The notes below the pieces were generated by a model. The model ran no database searches. It saw only the letters and a program-made list of their open reading frames with translations, and had not been told where the DNA came from. Positions 29,308 through 40,002 of a DNA stretch of 64,000 nt are shown in pieces. Position 1 is the first letter of the stretch. Each line of letters starts with the position of its first letter. The translations under genes and the position numbers were made by a program. The DNA is taken from positions 1,504,001 to 1,568,000 of the forward strand of contig CAVZJV010000014.1 in the NCBI GenBank assembly GCA_963775685.1, written 5' to 3'. This DNA comes from Candidatus Bathyarchaeota archaeon (GTDB lineage: Archaea > Thermoproteota > Bathyarchaeia > Bathyarchaeales > Bathycorpusculaceae).

Positions 29308-31173
29308 ACTTCGACTTAAAACTCACAAAAAAAGACATCATAACAATGGGTCTGTTAGCAATCGTTTTTTTCAGCATTGCAACTTGGAATGTTGGCGAAG
29401 TCAAGGCGCCACTCACAAGCTGGCAGAGTACCAGCCAGCAGATTTTCTATGTTGATTTAGGCACAAGTCAGATGGTGCAGACGGTTTATTTCTGGGTTCC
29501 AAGCGGCAACGCCACGGTCGATGTTTCTTATGGTGCGCCTGGAAACTGGACTTACTTTGGACACATTGAACATGGACTGCAAGAAAGAGCCACCGATTAC
29601 ATGGTCCAGCAAGATTTCTCTTTAAGTGTGAATACTCGGTATTTGGAGTTTAACGTCACAGCCCAAGATTATGATTCGAGACCGGACTTCTACTGGTCTG
29701 TCCCCAACCCCTCTGACCAAGCACCCTCACCCTTCATAGCGGTCTCGGAAATCGGCGTAGCAAACCCCAGCGACAAGCAAATCCCCATTGTCGGCGTAAC
29801 AGGGGAGAATAGTGCAGATGCAACTTTACCAAAACTGATAGATGAGCAAGGCTCACTTGAGATTCCTCCCACGTACATGTCAAAAATGTACTTTGACGAA
29901 GTTTATTTTGCCCGCTCCGCAATCGAATTCGCTAACCACCAAATACCTGACGAGAGAACTCATCCCGACCTAGGAAAACTAATCCAGGCAATTGGAGTAG
30001 CAGCTGTCGGGGTAACGCCGTTTGGCTGGCGTATAATGGGAGTAATATTTGGCACTTTGATAGTTGCGGTGATGTACCTGTTGGGCAAGAAACTGTTCGG
30101 AACTTGGATCGGAGGATTCTCTGCAGCTTTTCTAATGACTTTTGATTTTATGCATTTCACCATGGCACGCATAGGCACCGTAGACACTTATCTGATATTT
30201 TTCTCAGTGATTTCCCAATTGTTCTTCCTGATCTATTTCATGAAAGTCCTAAAAGTTGGTTGGAAGAAGACCTCTGTTTTGCCTTTGGTCTTAGCTGTGG
30301 TTTTCTTCTCGCTCGGGTTCTCAACAAAATTCGGGTTCCCGCTTTTTCCCGCTTTGGGCTTGCTCGCATTACTTGCCGCTGTTCGAATAAATGACCTCCT
30401 CAAACAAAAAGGCAACTTAGCCGACAAGTACATTGCCTTCTTTGACCACCCGTTCCTGCTGATATTAGCCTGCATCGGAGTTGTAGCCGTGATTTACTTT
30501 GTAAGCTACATCCCAGACATGCTCCTAGGCGACTCCTTCCCCTCGATTATTAACTTACAATTTTCCATGCTTAGCTTCCACGGAGGCTCGGTTGTGGACG
30601 CGTCTTCGTCTCCTTGGTGGTCTTGGCCCTTAATGCTGGGTACAGGCAACATAACAGTTCCAAGATGGTTTGACATAACCTACTTACCCAACAACGTGGT
30701 GTCCACAATTTCCGTTTTCGGTAATCCGTTGGTTTGGTGGGTTGGTTTTGCATTGATGCTTGTTCTTGCAGAGAAGGCGATTCATGGCAGAGCACTGGCA
30801 GCGAACCTTTGGGGGCGAATCTCCAAATCAACTATGGCAAACCGAGTAAGCATACGTGGAAACGGCTGGGATGTACAGGCAATATTCATAGTGGTCGTGT
30901 TCGCCTTCTCTTGGCTGCCATATGTTTTCATCGGAAGAGCAACATACATTTACCATTACTATCTAAGCGTACCCCTGATTTGTTTAGCAACAACCTACTT
31001 TATCAACAAGTACTGGAACACCAAACTGGGCAAAGTCAGCGGCTATCGCAATATTTGCTGGCTCAATAGCGTTATTTTTGCTCTTCTACCCAGTGATTTC
31101 GGGCGCACCAGTTTCAACCTCGTTTATTAACGATTATCTCAAGTGGTTCCCAAGTTGGGGGGCTTACGCGTAA
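29304..31173 (+). CDS. Dolichyl-phosphate-mannose protein O-mannosyltransferase (PMT, GT39), frameshift near 31036
   Basis: YFDEVYF..THPDLGK..FGWR, SPWWSWP, GNPLVWW, YIYHY. The canonical end FYPVISG..LKWFPSW lies in the +1 frame, stop at 31173. Confidence 0.85.
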
Positions 31174-31210
31174 CTGCACCACCAGACAATATGGTTTTCA
31201 AGTCTCACTA

Positions 31211-31915
31211 GTGCTTCCCGCCTATAACGAAGTAGACTACCTATCATCAGCTGTGGAAAAAACTATTGTAGCCCTAAAAAATTTTGCCAACTCCTTCGAA
31301 ATTATCATCGCTGAAGACGGCAGCACAGACGGCACTGACGAATGCGCTCAAGAAATAGCTCAAAAAACGCCGGGTGTCAGGCATATCCACAGAGAAAAAC
31401 GGTTGGGAAGAGGAACCGCGCTAAACAACGCTTTTAAACATAGCAAAGGTGAAGTTCTGGTCTATATGGACTTGGACTTAGCCACTGACCTTAACTATCT
31501 TAAGCCTTTGATTGAAGCCATCACGGTTGAAGGCTACGATTTCTCAACAGGATCAAGGATGCTGCCCCAAAGTAAAGCCAAACGCTCCTTTAGCCGGAGT
31601 CTGAGTTCTAAAACTTACAATTTTCTGGTAAGACAAATGCTTGGCTCTAAACTTCGCGATCACCAATGCGGTTTTAAAGCCTTCAAACGAGAGCCACTTA
31701 TGGAATTGCTTGACCAAGTTGATGCGACACATTGGTTCTGGGACACTGAAATCGTGGTCCGAGCCTACTGTAAAGGCTTCAAGATAAAGGAGATTGCTGT
31801 GGAATGGAAAAGTGGAAGGGGCACAAAGGTTAATTTGTTTACAGACTCCCGCAATATGTTCCGACAGGTGTTAGTTCTCTGGTGGAAACTAAAAATAAAG
31901 AACCAGAAAAGTTAA
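31211..31915 (+). CDS. GT2 dolichol-phosphate mannose/glucose synthase (Dpm1/ALG5-like)
   Basis: LPAYNE, EDGSTDGT, DLDLA, DHQCGFKAF, WFWDTE. Confidence 0.88.
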   Translation: MLPAYNEVDYLSSAVEKTIVALKNFANSFEIIIAEDGSTDGTDECAQEIAQKTPGVRHIHREKRLGRGTALNNAFKHSKGEVLVYMDLDLATDLNYLKPLIEAITVEGYDFSTGSRMLPQSKAKRSFSRSLSSKTYNFLVRQMLGSKLRDHQCGFKAFKREPLMELLDQVDATHWFWDTEIVVRAYCKGFKIKEIAVEWKSGRGTKVNLFTDSRNMFRQVLVLWWKLKIKNQKS

Positions 31916-32433
31916 CGTCTAGCCATTAACACAAACGCCCTTGCAACCAACGCTAAACCAAAGATTAGTATTATTCCAGCCCAGAAGACAAACCACTCGC
32001 TTGGTATGGTCATGTTGACAAGGTAAGTCGTTACCAGGTAGCTTGTACCAAGCCAGAAAACGATATTTTCAATGGTTTCAGCTTTACGTGTAACAGGCGA
32101 ATGTAACCATACTCTTAGCATTAAAATCACGATTTCCAATATACCTAAGGCTAAACTAAACTGGAAAAAAGCACCATACAGGTTCAGATTCATGTAATCA
32201 GCTGGGTTTGCGGGAGCAGGAAGAGAGATGCCGGTCGTTGGAACCGGGGCAAGCGTGAAGGACGAAAAAAAGTTTACCAAACCACCCCAAAGATCATCAG
32301 CTATATGACTATAGTAAACTAAAGCTAAGATTATGAAGACAGAACCTACGTAGACTGCAGTAAGCAAGTTTTCTTTTTTCTTCTCTGGTAGTGTCTGAAG
32401 GTCCAAAGCACGCTTCAAGAAAGTCTTCTCCAA
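31912..32433 (-). CDS. Membrane protein, paralog of 50317..50823
   Basis: Four TM; shared PA.PAD, FWLG and WF.FWA..GL.L.ARAFV motifs. Confidence 0.7.
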   Translation of the reverse strand: MEKTFLKRALDLQTLPEKKKENLLTAVYVGSVFIILALVYYSHIADDLWGGLVNFFSSFTLAPVPTTGISLPAPANPADYMNLNLYGAFFQFSLALGILEIVILMLRVWLHSPVTRKAETIENIVFWLGTSYLVTTYLVNMTIPSEWFVFWAGIILIFGLALVARAFVLMARR

Positions 32434-32533
32434 TCGAAAATGCGCTGTTTACAACATATATGTTTCTCTTTAAGTGAGTAAGTGCATCTTTTAAATACTC
32501 AGAGCAGATAAATTATAGTTGGGATGTGAATTA

Positions 32534-32953
32534 ATGTCGTATTGTCCAAAATGCGGCAATAAAGTTGACGAAACGATGGCTTTTTGCCCACGTTGCGGTG
32601 CATCATTAAAAGTTGCTATGTCAGGTCAACCAACTCCACCGCCTGCTCAGCCATATAGGAGCAGAAATGAGAAATCAGAGAAAAACGAAAAGCGAGAAAA
32701 GCAGGAGAAAAATCAGCGTCCCGAGAGAGCCGAAAAGCAAGAGAAGGGTGAAACAGGTTTTATCGGCTATCTAATCGGCGGTTTAGTCCTTATAACGTTT
32801 GGTTTGTTCTCGGTGCTGCAAATAAGCGGTTATTTCACAGTTGATTCCGGCCAAAGTTGGGCGGTTATGCTACTGGTCATCGGCATAATCATCATTGTCG
32901 GCGCCATTTACGTTGCAATGATCGCCCGGAGACGCTCTCCACAACCAACCTAA
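32534..32953 (+). CDS. Zinc-ribbon membrane protein
   Basis: YCPKCG...FCPRCG, EK-rich linker, two TM helices. Confidence 0.8.
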   Translation: MSYCPKCGNKVDETMAFCPRCGASLKVAMSGQPTPPPAQPYRSRNEKSEKNEKREKQEKNQRPERAEKQEKGETGFIGYLIGGLVLITFGLFSVLQISGYFTVDSGQSWAVMLLVIGIIIIVGAIYVAMIARRRSPQPT

Positions 32954-34098
32954 ACTATCCAGCCTAAAAACGCCCTGTAAAGTCTATGCTCCAGAATTGT
33001 TAGGGCTTTCTTTCTGCCAAACACACGATAATAGTTTTTTCCTGCCGACTCAACCAAATCTCCTATCTCATAACGCGGAAACATGCATGAGGAAATAATT
33101 AGGCTACCCCATTCGCCACGTTTGAGTTCATGCAGCATTTTAATGCCCTTGCCGATTTTTACTTCTAAAAAGTAGGAGTCATAGTTTGGGGTTATGTAGG
33201 GGAAATCGTCAAGTTGTTGTCCAAAGACACCTTCGGTAGCAGTATACATTTCCACGATTGGCACATCTCCGAAGTACCGCTTGAGGATAGGACCGTACTT
33301 GAAGTGGATTTTGGGCACACTAGTTAAGAATATGGCGCGGGTTTTCCATATATCAGCGGGTTTTTTCCCGTACTTGCGCTTAACGTACCTTGCGAAGGAT
33401 AAAATTACAGGGGTCACTCCCATCGCCGCAGTCACGTTTTGGTTTTCCGCCATCTGATAAGCAAGGTCGAAACGTTTCTCCCAATCCTTTCTGCTTACGC
33501 CGCTGCCTAAAGCATCGATTTCTTCTTGCCTTGGCAAGAGACTTACCCTATCAAACATTGGATTCAGACGCGCATAGGTGCCTGAACTGTACCCATAAAC
33601 GACTTGTTTGCCTTCGACATCCATAGTGTGAACGTTTGAGGGAAAATTCAAGTTGAGGATAACGCCCATAAATACTTCATAGGTTTTTTTTCTAACGGCA
33701 TAGTTTATGAGCCCTCTTGCGCCACAGCTGTAGATTTGTTTTAGGTGTGTTTGGGTTGCAGGCAAGACTTTTGATTTGCCCGTTGAGCCGCGGGTCATAA
33801 CCCAGGTTTCTGGCGGTTCAGACAAAAACGCCTTATAACTACGTTCTTTTACTTGAATCAGATATGGAGTGAGCCCTGAATAGCCAATTATGGGAAAATT
33901 AGACTGATAATCCGTGACACTTTTGACTTGGGAAGCACCATAGCGTTCCCCATATTCAGTAGTTGCATATTTTTGGACCAAATCAGCCAGCACATGCTCC
34001 TGCGCCTTCTGCGGATTCTCAATCGAGTCATACCATGGCTGAATGTATGGCCGAAGGATACGGTTAATGGCATCTTGATCCGGCAACATAGGGCTCAC
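32950..34098 (-). CDS. GH3-family (acyl-acid amido synthetase-like) adenylating enzyme, short form
   Basis: TEYGERYG, TRGSTGKSK P-loop, YTATEG, YEIGDLV..GR. Confidence 0.8.
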   Translation of the reverse strand: MSPMLPDQDAINRILRPYIQPWYDSIENPQKAQEHVLADLVQKYATTEYGERYGASQVKSVTDYQSNFPIIGYSGLTPYLIQVKERSYKAFLSEPPETWVMTRGSTGKSKVLPATQTHLKQIYSCGARGLINYAVRKKTYEVFMGVILNLNFPSNVHTMDVEGKQVVYGYSSGTYARLNPMFDRVSLLPRQEEIDALGSGVSRKDWEKRFDLAYQMAENQNVTAAMGVTPVILSFARYVKRKYGKKPADIWKTRAIFLTSVPKIHFKYGPILKRYFGDVPIVEMYTATEGVFGQQLDDFPYITPNYDSYFLEVKIGKGIKMLHELKRGEWGSLIISSCMFPRYEIGDLVESAGKNYYRVFGRKKALTILEHRLYRAFLGWIV

Positions 34099-34153
34099 TA
34101 AATCAATGGTATGGTTTTGCTTATATGCTTCTCCACTAATAGACTAAAAATGG

Positions 34154-35080
34154 TTGAGCGTCATGACCGCACCAGTTAAAGATACGGCGGAAAGAATAAG
34201 AAAACTCCAAGTTCAAGGCGCAAGAAACGTCGCCATAGCCGCCGTCAAAGCAATCATAACCCAAGCAGAACAATCAAACGCAAAAACCAAAAACCAATTC
34301 CTCGCCGAACTCATAGAAGCCCAAACCATCTTCGCTACCGCCAGAGAAACCGAGCCACTGATGAGAAACGCCATCCGATGGCTAATCACTCAATCCCAAG
34401 CCATCATCGTGGAAAAAGTTGAGACATTAAACCAAATCGTAGTTGCAAACGCTAACCAATTTCTCAAAGATTTGGAAGATTCAAAAGAACACATAGCAGA
34501 AATTGGAGCTAAACGAATAAGCGACGCCGCCACAGTTTTTACTCATTGCCACTCCTCAACCGTCACTAGACTCCTCGCAAAAGCAAAGGCAGGCGGCAAA
34601 AACTTCAAGGTAATCTGCACTGAAACCCGTCCTGCATTTCAAGGAAGAATAACTGCCAAAGAACTTGTCGATTTAGGAATTGAAACTACGTTTATTGTGG
34701 ATTCTGCTACTCGAACTTTCATGAGAGAGGTTGATTTAGTAATCGTTGGAGCCGACGCCATCACCTCTGAAGGAAACGTGGTCAACAAGATCGGGTCAGG
34801 CGGAATCGCCGTTTTAGCCCATGAAGCCAGAGTGCCCTTCTACGTGGTTTCGGAACTACTCAAATTCGACCCTGAAACTCTTGCAGGCGGATATGAAAAA
34901 ATCGAACAACGTAGTTCAGCGGAAATCTGGGACGAAGCACCCTCAAAGCTCGCCGTGCGAAACCCCGCTTTTGACATCACCCCAAACCGATACATTAACG
35001 GTTTAATCTGCGAAGAAGGCATAATCGCCCCACAATCAGTAGTTGAGGTTACGCGACGAAATTACCCATGGATCTTCTAG
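34154..35080 (+). CDS. Ribose-1,5-bisphosphate isomerase (eIF2B-like)
   Basis: VQGARNVA, THCHSSTV, ETRP.FQG, VGADAI, NKIG, NPAFD. Clustered with RuBisCO and AMP phosphorylase. Confidence 0.92.
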   Translation: MSVMTAPVKDTAERIRKLQVQGARNVAIAAVKAIITQAEQSNAKTKNQFLAELIEAQTIFATARETEPLMRNAIRWLITQSQAIIVEKVETLNQIVVANANQFLKDLEDSKEHIAEIGAKRISDAATVFTHCHSSTVTRLLAKAKAGGKNFKVICTETRPAFQGRITAKELVDLGIETTFIVDSATRTFMREVDLVIVGADAITSEGNVVNKIGSGGIAVLAHEARVPFYVVSELLKFDPETLAGGYEKIEQRSSAEIWDEAPSKLAVRNPAFDITPNRYINGLICEEGIIAPQSVVEVTRRNYPWIF

Positions 35081-35254
35081 TGTATTAATCATTTCTTAAA
35101 GCCAATAGAAAACCACCCAAAAAGAGGATATGCCCGGAATCGCCTTCTTTGACGTTTTAGCTGTTTTGCCTTTATTCAAGGGTAGAGCCAGCGCTACAAG
35201 AGAAATCGGTTTTACATATTTCTAAAGCAAGAGACCGGCCTCTTCGAGAGGGAG

Positions 35255-36478
35255 TCAGATTTTCCATTGGTTTAGTGCTGAGGCGAGTTCTGGGTGGTTT
35301 TTGGCGTACTCGTTGAGGTTTTTTCCATATAGAGTTGCATCGACGGCTTGGCGCATAGCTTTGGCGCCGCAGATTGTGCCGTCTGGGTGTCCATGGATGC
35401 CACCGCCTGCTTGAATAACAAAGTCATTGCCAAATGTCTCTATCAACGCAGGAACAAGACGTGGGTGCAGCCCGCCGCTGGCAACGGGCAAAACAGGTTT
35501 CAAATCGCCCAATTCGGATTTGCAGGCAACAATGTTCTCTAAGACCTCGGCTTTGGTTTCTGACATTTTGCCCACCACAGTGCCCACGTGGAGTTGGTCA
35601 ACGCCGATTATCCTTGCCACTGACACGATAGGTTTCATAGCTATACCATGGAGGTGACTCTTGGTAAAAGCCGCATGCCCAGCGCGATGTGCATGAAATA
35701 CGAGCTTGAAATTCTGGTCCCTTAACGTCTGCAAGGATGACCAGCCGCATGTCAAGATGTCAACCATCACATATTCGCCACCATGGTCAACCACAGTTTG
35801 GGCACGCTTAAGCATGAGGTTGGTTTCCGCGGTGATGTTTATCATGTAGACTTTGCATTCGCCTGTCTCCTCTTGCGCTTTATCGCGGCTCTCCAGTGTC
35901 TGCGTTAAACGTTCTTCGAAAGGGTTGAAGCTTTGATTACTCAGGTTTTCATCGTCCTTTACTATGTCGCAGCCTCCGAACCATGCCTCATATGCGACTT
36001 TAGCGTGATCTTTGGTTTCTAACCCCAGTTTCGGCTTGATTATTGTGCCGACGAGGGGTCGTTTTTGGATTTTTAGTAGGTTGCGAACTCCCGGTATGCC
36101 AAATGCTGGTCCTTTGAAGCTGGCGAGAAGATCTTTTGGAAAGTCTATGTCGAGGAGGCGAAGGTTTTTTAATGATTTAAGCCCAAAAACGTTTCCAGCT
36201 ACACTGCTCAGAATGTTTGGCATGTTTGCTGGCTCAAAGAGCTCATGAGGATATGCAATTTTTACGATACTACCTTCAATGCCATAAACGTGGGCTGCTA
36301 GCTGCTTAACATAGGGCCTCTCGGTCGTAAGTTCGGTCCAAGTGCCGACTGAGCTTTCCGCTGCCACACCACCTGCAGCCTCTTTAAGGCTTATACCTTC
36401 AGGCTCAATTTGGAAGGTGCAAATTAAGTCAGTCTCTATTGGCTTGTAGTTTAAATCAACAAAGTCAAGGTACTTCAA
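35255..36478 (-). CDS. rbcL: Form III RuBisCO large subunit
   Basis: AESSVGTW, GNVFG, GTIIKPK, DIVKDDE, HAHRAGH, VVGKM, SGG and GGG catalytic motifs intact. Confidence 0.95.
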   Translation of the reverse strand: MKYLDFVDLNYKPIETDLICTFQIEPEGISLKEAAGGVAAESSVGTWTELTTERPYVKQLAAHVYGIEGSIVKIAYPHELFEPANMPNILSSVAGNVFGLKSLKNLRLLDIDFPKDLLASFKGPAFGIPGVRNLLKIQKRPLVGTIIKPKLGLETKDHAKVAYEAWFGGCDIVKDDENLSNQSFNPFEERLTQTLESRDKAQEETGECKVYMINITAETNLMLKRAQTVVDHGGEYVMVDILTCGWSSLQTLRDQNFKLVFHAHRAGHAAFTKSHLHGIAMKPIVSVARIIGVDQLHVGTVVGKMSETKAEVLENIVACKSELGDLKPVLPVASGGLHPRLVPALIETFGNDFVIQAGGGIHGHPDGTICGAKAMRQAVDATLYGKNLNEYAKNHPELASALNQWKI

Positions 36479-36555
36479 AGCGCAATCCTCGCATCTATTG
36501 AGATCCTTGAATGCCTTAAAATCTTTAACTATTTCTTAGCATAATTGGTATTGAC

Positions 36556-38110
36556 GTGCCTCAGATGGAATTAAGCGTTGAAGTCCTAATGATTACCACG
36601 GGCGGCAGCAGAATCGCCCTCATTAGTGAACAAACAGCCAACATGCTAGGTGTGCATAGTTCGGACAGAATAAAAATCAGCTGCAAAAACCAAGAGATGA
36701 TAGCCATCGCCAACATAGCTGACTATTTTCCCCAAAACAGTATAGGACTCTACCGGGAAACCGTTGCTGCACTCGGAGTAAAGGAAGCTGAAACAGTCAA
36801 TGTGCAACTAGCGCCATTACCTGAATCACTCTTTAACATACGCGCCAAGCTTCATGGGGAACGGTTACGCGAAAAAGACATTGTTGCAATTGTGAAGGAT
36901 GTTGTTGAGCAACATTTGAGCACAGTTGAAATCGCCGCGTTCCTCACGGCGCTAAGCATCCATGGTTTAGGCACTGGAGAGACCGAAGCGTTGTCACGAG
37001 CGATGATTTCCACGGGAAAAACCATTGATTTCGGTAAAGGACCCATCTTAGACAAACACAGCGTCGGAGGAATCCCAGGCGACAAAACCAGTATGCTGGT
37101 CGTACCCATTGTGGCCGCGGCGGGATTTACGATTCCCAAAACCTCCTCACGCGCAATCACCTCTCCCGCGGGCACCGCAGACCGAGTAGAAACCCTCTGC
37201 CCAGTTAATCTATCCATCAAAGAAATAAAAGAAGTCGTCGCGAAAACCAATGGTTGCCTAGTTTGGGGAGGATCTTTGGAGCTTGCGCCTGCTGATGATC
37301 TCTTCATCCAAGTCGAATACCCATTGGGAATAGACCCCATGCTTTTGCCCTCAATCCTAAGCAAGAAGAAAGCCATTGGAGCAACACATGTCGTCATAGA
37401 CATCCCAACAGGTATGGGTGCCAAAATCAAAACACGAACAGAAGCCTACAGCCTGGCTTCGGACTTCGTAGATTTGGGGAAACGTTTAGGGCTAAACATC
37501 CAGTGTGCCTTAACTTTTGGCGAGCAACCACTGGGCTGCGGCATCGGACCCGCATTGGAAGCAAGGGAAGCATTATCAACTCTTATGGGTGGGGGGCCGC
37601 CTGACTTGCGCGAGAAAGCTATTGGCCTCGCAGGCATGCTCTTTGAAATGGTCGGAGTCAAAGATGGTCGAGTCTTGGCTGAAGAAATGGTTGATTCAGG
37701 CAAAGCGATGAAAAAGATGCGAGAAATAATCGGCGCACAAGGTGGAAATCCTTTGGTGACCCCTGAAGATTTGCCTGTGGGTCCAGAATCTACTGTGGTG
37801 CGCTCAGAGCGTCCTGGAAAAGTTCTCTGGCTAAGCACAGACGATATCGTGCGAATAGCGCGGGAGGCTGGAGCACCCAAAGAGAAGGGGGCTGGCGTTG
37901 TTTTACATGCAAAATTAGGAGGAGCGGTTCATAAAGGTGGCATACTCTTCGAAATCTACGGTGAGAGAGGCAGCAAGTTGGCATCGGCGCTCGAGCTTGC
38001 GGGAAAACTCTCCCCAATTGTGCTAAGCAAAAAACCAGAGGAAAAAATGATTCTAGACAAAATACCAGAGAAAACCACACATGAAAAAGCGTTCATGTCT
38101 AGACAGGTAA
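36556..38110 (+). CDS. AMP phosphorylase (thymidine-phosphorylase family); probable 1-nt frameshift at the C-terminus
   Basis: DKHSVGGIPGDKTS, KTSSRAITSPAGTAD, APADD, SKK. A likely natural end M-LDR* (TAA at 38108-38110) is in the +1 frame, whereas the called ORF runs into the convergent gene. Confidence 0.92.
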
Positions 38111-38118
38111 ACACTTTG

Positions 38119-38475
38119 CTATTTTGTTATTGCTCCGCCAATTACGCCACCTATAGCTGCAAGCACTGTAACAGCGACAGCGAGAACAATGCCTAATACT
38201 AGGCCGACCAAGCCACCAAACAGGAAGCCCAGTAAACCATGATTAACAGTTTCCAGAACGATGAAGTGGAGAAAAGCCAGGATTCCTAAAACTATGGCGC
38301 TAAGTAGGCCAGCTATGAAACCCGCCATGGATCCGCCTATTAGGCCTCTTGTAATGAACCCCGCGACTATTCCGCCCAAGAAGGCACCTAAAAGGTGACC
38401 AACTCCTGGGAAGATTATGCTGAGAATGATAGTAACTCCGAAACCTGAGATTGTGCCTAAACCAACGCTGGCCAT
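38119..38475 (-). CDS. DUF5518-like Gly-rich membrane protein
   Basis: GxxxG-rich TM helices. Confidence 0.7.
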   Translation of the reverse strand: MASVGLGTISGFGVTIILSIIFPGVGHLLGAFLGGIVAGFITRGLIGGSMAGFIAGLLSAIVLGILAFLHFIVLETVNHGLLGFLFGGLVGLVLGIVLAVAVTVLAAIGGVIGGAITK

Positions 38476-38522
38476 TCTTTCACCAATTATTCGCGAAAGT
38501 ACAAAAAAATAGATATTTGTTT

Positions 38523-39221
38523 TTAGCGTGCTCTTGAATTGCGCACTTTGGGTTCGAGTAGTGTCCAGAGCCACTCGGTGAATTCCTGCATGTTTTTGGT
38601 TTGAATGTAGACATCGCCAGGTCCAGTGATTTGGGTAACTAATCCTTCGCCGCTTAGCAGAGTTTCTTTTAAACCTCCGAACCTTGTCACTTTGTAGCTG
38701 CAGGATTCGCTGAAGCCGACCAGATGAAAGTTGTCAACGATTAGGGTTTGACCTGGTGTCAGGGTATGGGTGTCAATGGCGCCAAACGTGTTGATGAACA
38801 TTTGTCCGCTGCCTCTGGCTTTAAGCATAAATAAGCCTTGTCCAAACAAGCCTTTGGTGAAGCCTTCCCATTTCACATCCAGATCAATTCCCGATGTGGA
38901 TGCTACGTATGCAGATTTTTGTATGACATAGCCACTGCATGGGGCAACATCTAGTTGCTTTATGTCGCCCACGGGTGCTGCGACAAACGCCGCTTCTGCC
39001 GGTCCGCTTGTAGCAGTGTAGTCGTTAACCCAAAATGATTGCCCCCCTATGAGGCTTAAGCCTAAGGACCCGAGCAGGCTTTTTTCTCTTTTGCGCGTGT
39101 GCACTTCGATGGTTGGATCCATGTAAGTCATAGCGCCTGCTTCTGCAGTGATGGTTTCGCCTTGCTCAAGTGTAGCAACCAGCATGGCGTATGAGGGTCT
39201 ATACTTAATTTCAAACTTCAA
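38523..39221 (-). CDS. AIM24 / TIGR00266 family protein
   Basis: AEAGAM, GG.SFWVN.Y, LFGQGLF, VDN.H.V, SGEGLV...GPG.VY.QT. Confidence 0.9.
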   Translation of the reverse strand: MKFEIKYRPSYAMLVATLEQGETITAEAGAMTYMDPTIEVHTRKREKSLLGSLGLSLIGGQSFWVNDYTATSGPAEAAFVAAPVGDIKQLDVAPCSGYVIQKSAYVASTSGIDLDVKWEGFTKGLFGQGLFMLKARGSGQMFINTFGAIDTHTLTPGQTLIVDNFHLVGFSESCSYKVTRFGGLKETLLSGEGLVTQITGPGDVYIQTKNMQEFTEWLWTLLEPKVRNSRAR

Positions 39222-39315
39222 AGTTATTTTTCTCCTAACATGAGTTACTTATAAAAGACGGTTAAGCAGACCTTCTTAATAAAACTTAAAGTCCAACGAT
39301 TAATAGGAGCAACAA

Positions 39316-40002
39316 ATGCAAACTTCCGTTGAAGTAGTCTTAAAGAAAACGTTCAGTTTAGCCTTAATCTTCAATGCACTCAGCACGATTGCAGGGATTG
39401 CGGGAATCCTATATGGTTATTACCTCGCTTACCCCAATTGGAAACCTTTCGCGCCCTACCTTCTTGACGGAAACCTGTTTTGGCTCGCCATGGCGGCAGC
39501 AGTCATCAACATTTTTCCAAGTGCAAGTATAGGTCGCGCTCTACATACAGGACGATTCCTATTTCACCATTACGTTTACGGCTTCTTAGTCCTGCTGTCC
39601 TCTTCTTTATTTGTCGCATTTTTTACGTCTGTTTCTTTAATTAGCCTTTTCCTGATTACTACCAGCGATTTAGCGGTTAATTTGGGGCGATTTTTTATTT
39701 TAGCAGGGTTAACTTTGCTGCTAGATGATTTGCCTGATGTTTCAGAAAGAATTGAAACTTCCTTGAATTGGGTAAAGTCAAGAGCCTGCCAAGCAAGAAA
39801 AGTTCTGCACGCCCTTCAATTATTCACTGGATTAATTTCGCTTTATATTTTGGTCTCTATATCAATCTGGACAGCTCAAAACCCAACACGGTTTTTTTTC
39901 AATTCTTTTTTGATTGGTACCTTACTGGTAACTTCAATTACCTCTTTTGCCCTGGTGCAAAGGAAGGAATGGCTGAAAATTAAGCCGCCTGTTTGTGCTT
40001 AA
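39316..40002 (+). CDS. Polytopic membrane protein (HHY...LLDD motif)
   Basis: About 6 TM; FHHYVYG and GLTLLLDD. Confidence 0.7.
   Translation: MQTSVEVVLKKTFSLALIFNALSTIAGIAGILYGYYLAYPNWKPFAPYLLDGNLFWLAMAAAVINIFPSASIGRALHTGRFLFHHYVYGFLVLLSSSLFVAFFTSVSLISLFLITTSDLAVNLGRFFILAGLTLLLDDLPDVSERIETSLNWVKSRACQARKVLHALQLFTGLISLYILVSISIWTAQNPTRFFFNSFLIGTLLVTSITSFALVQRKEWLKIKPPVCA

Noticed and set aside
35255-36478. Calvin-cycle autotrophy
   Set aside because: The context is AMP phosphorylase and R15P isomerase; no phosphoribulokinase or small subunit is in the window.
36852-37880. Long antisense ORFs over AMP phosphorylase (and similar ones over nfnB, the DHH gene, nadC and psmB)
   Set aside because: Antisense shadows of well-conserved genes.
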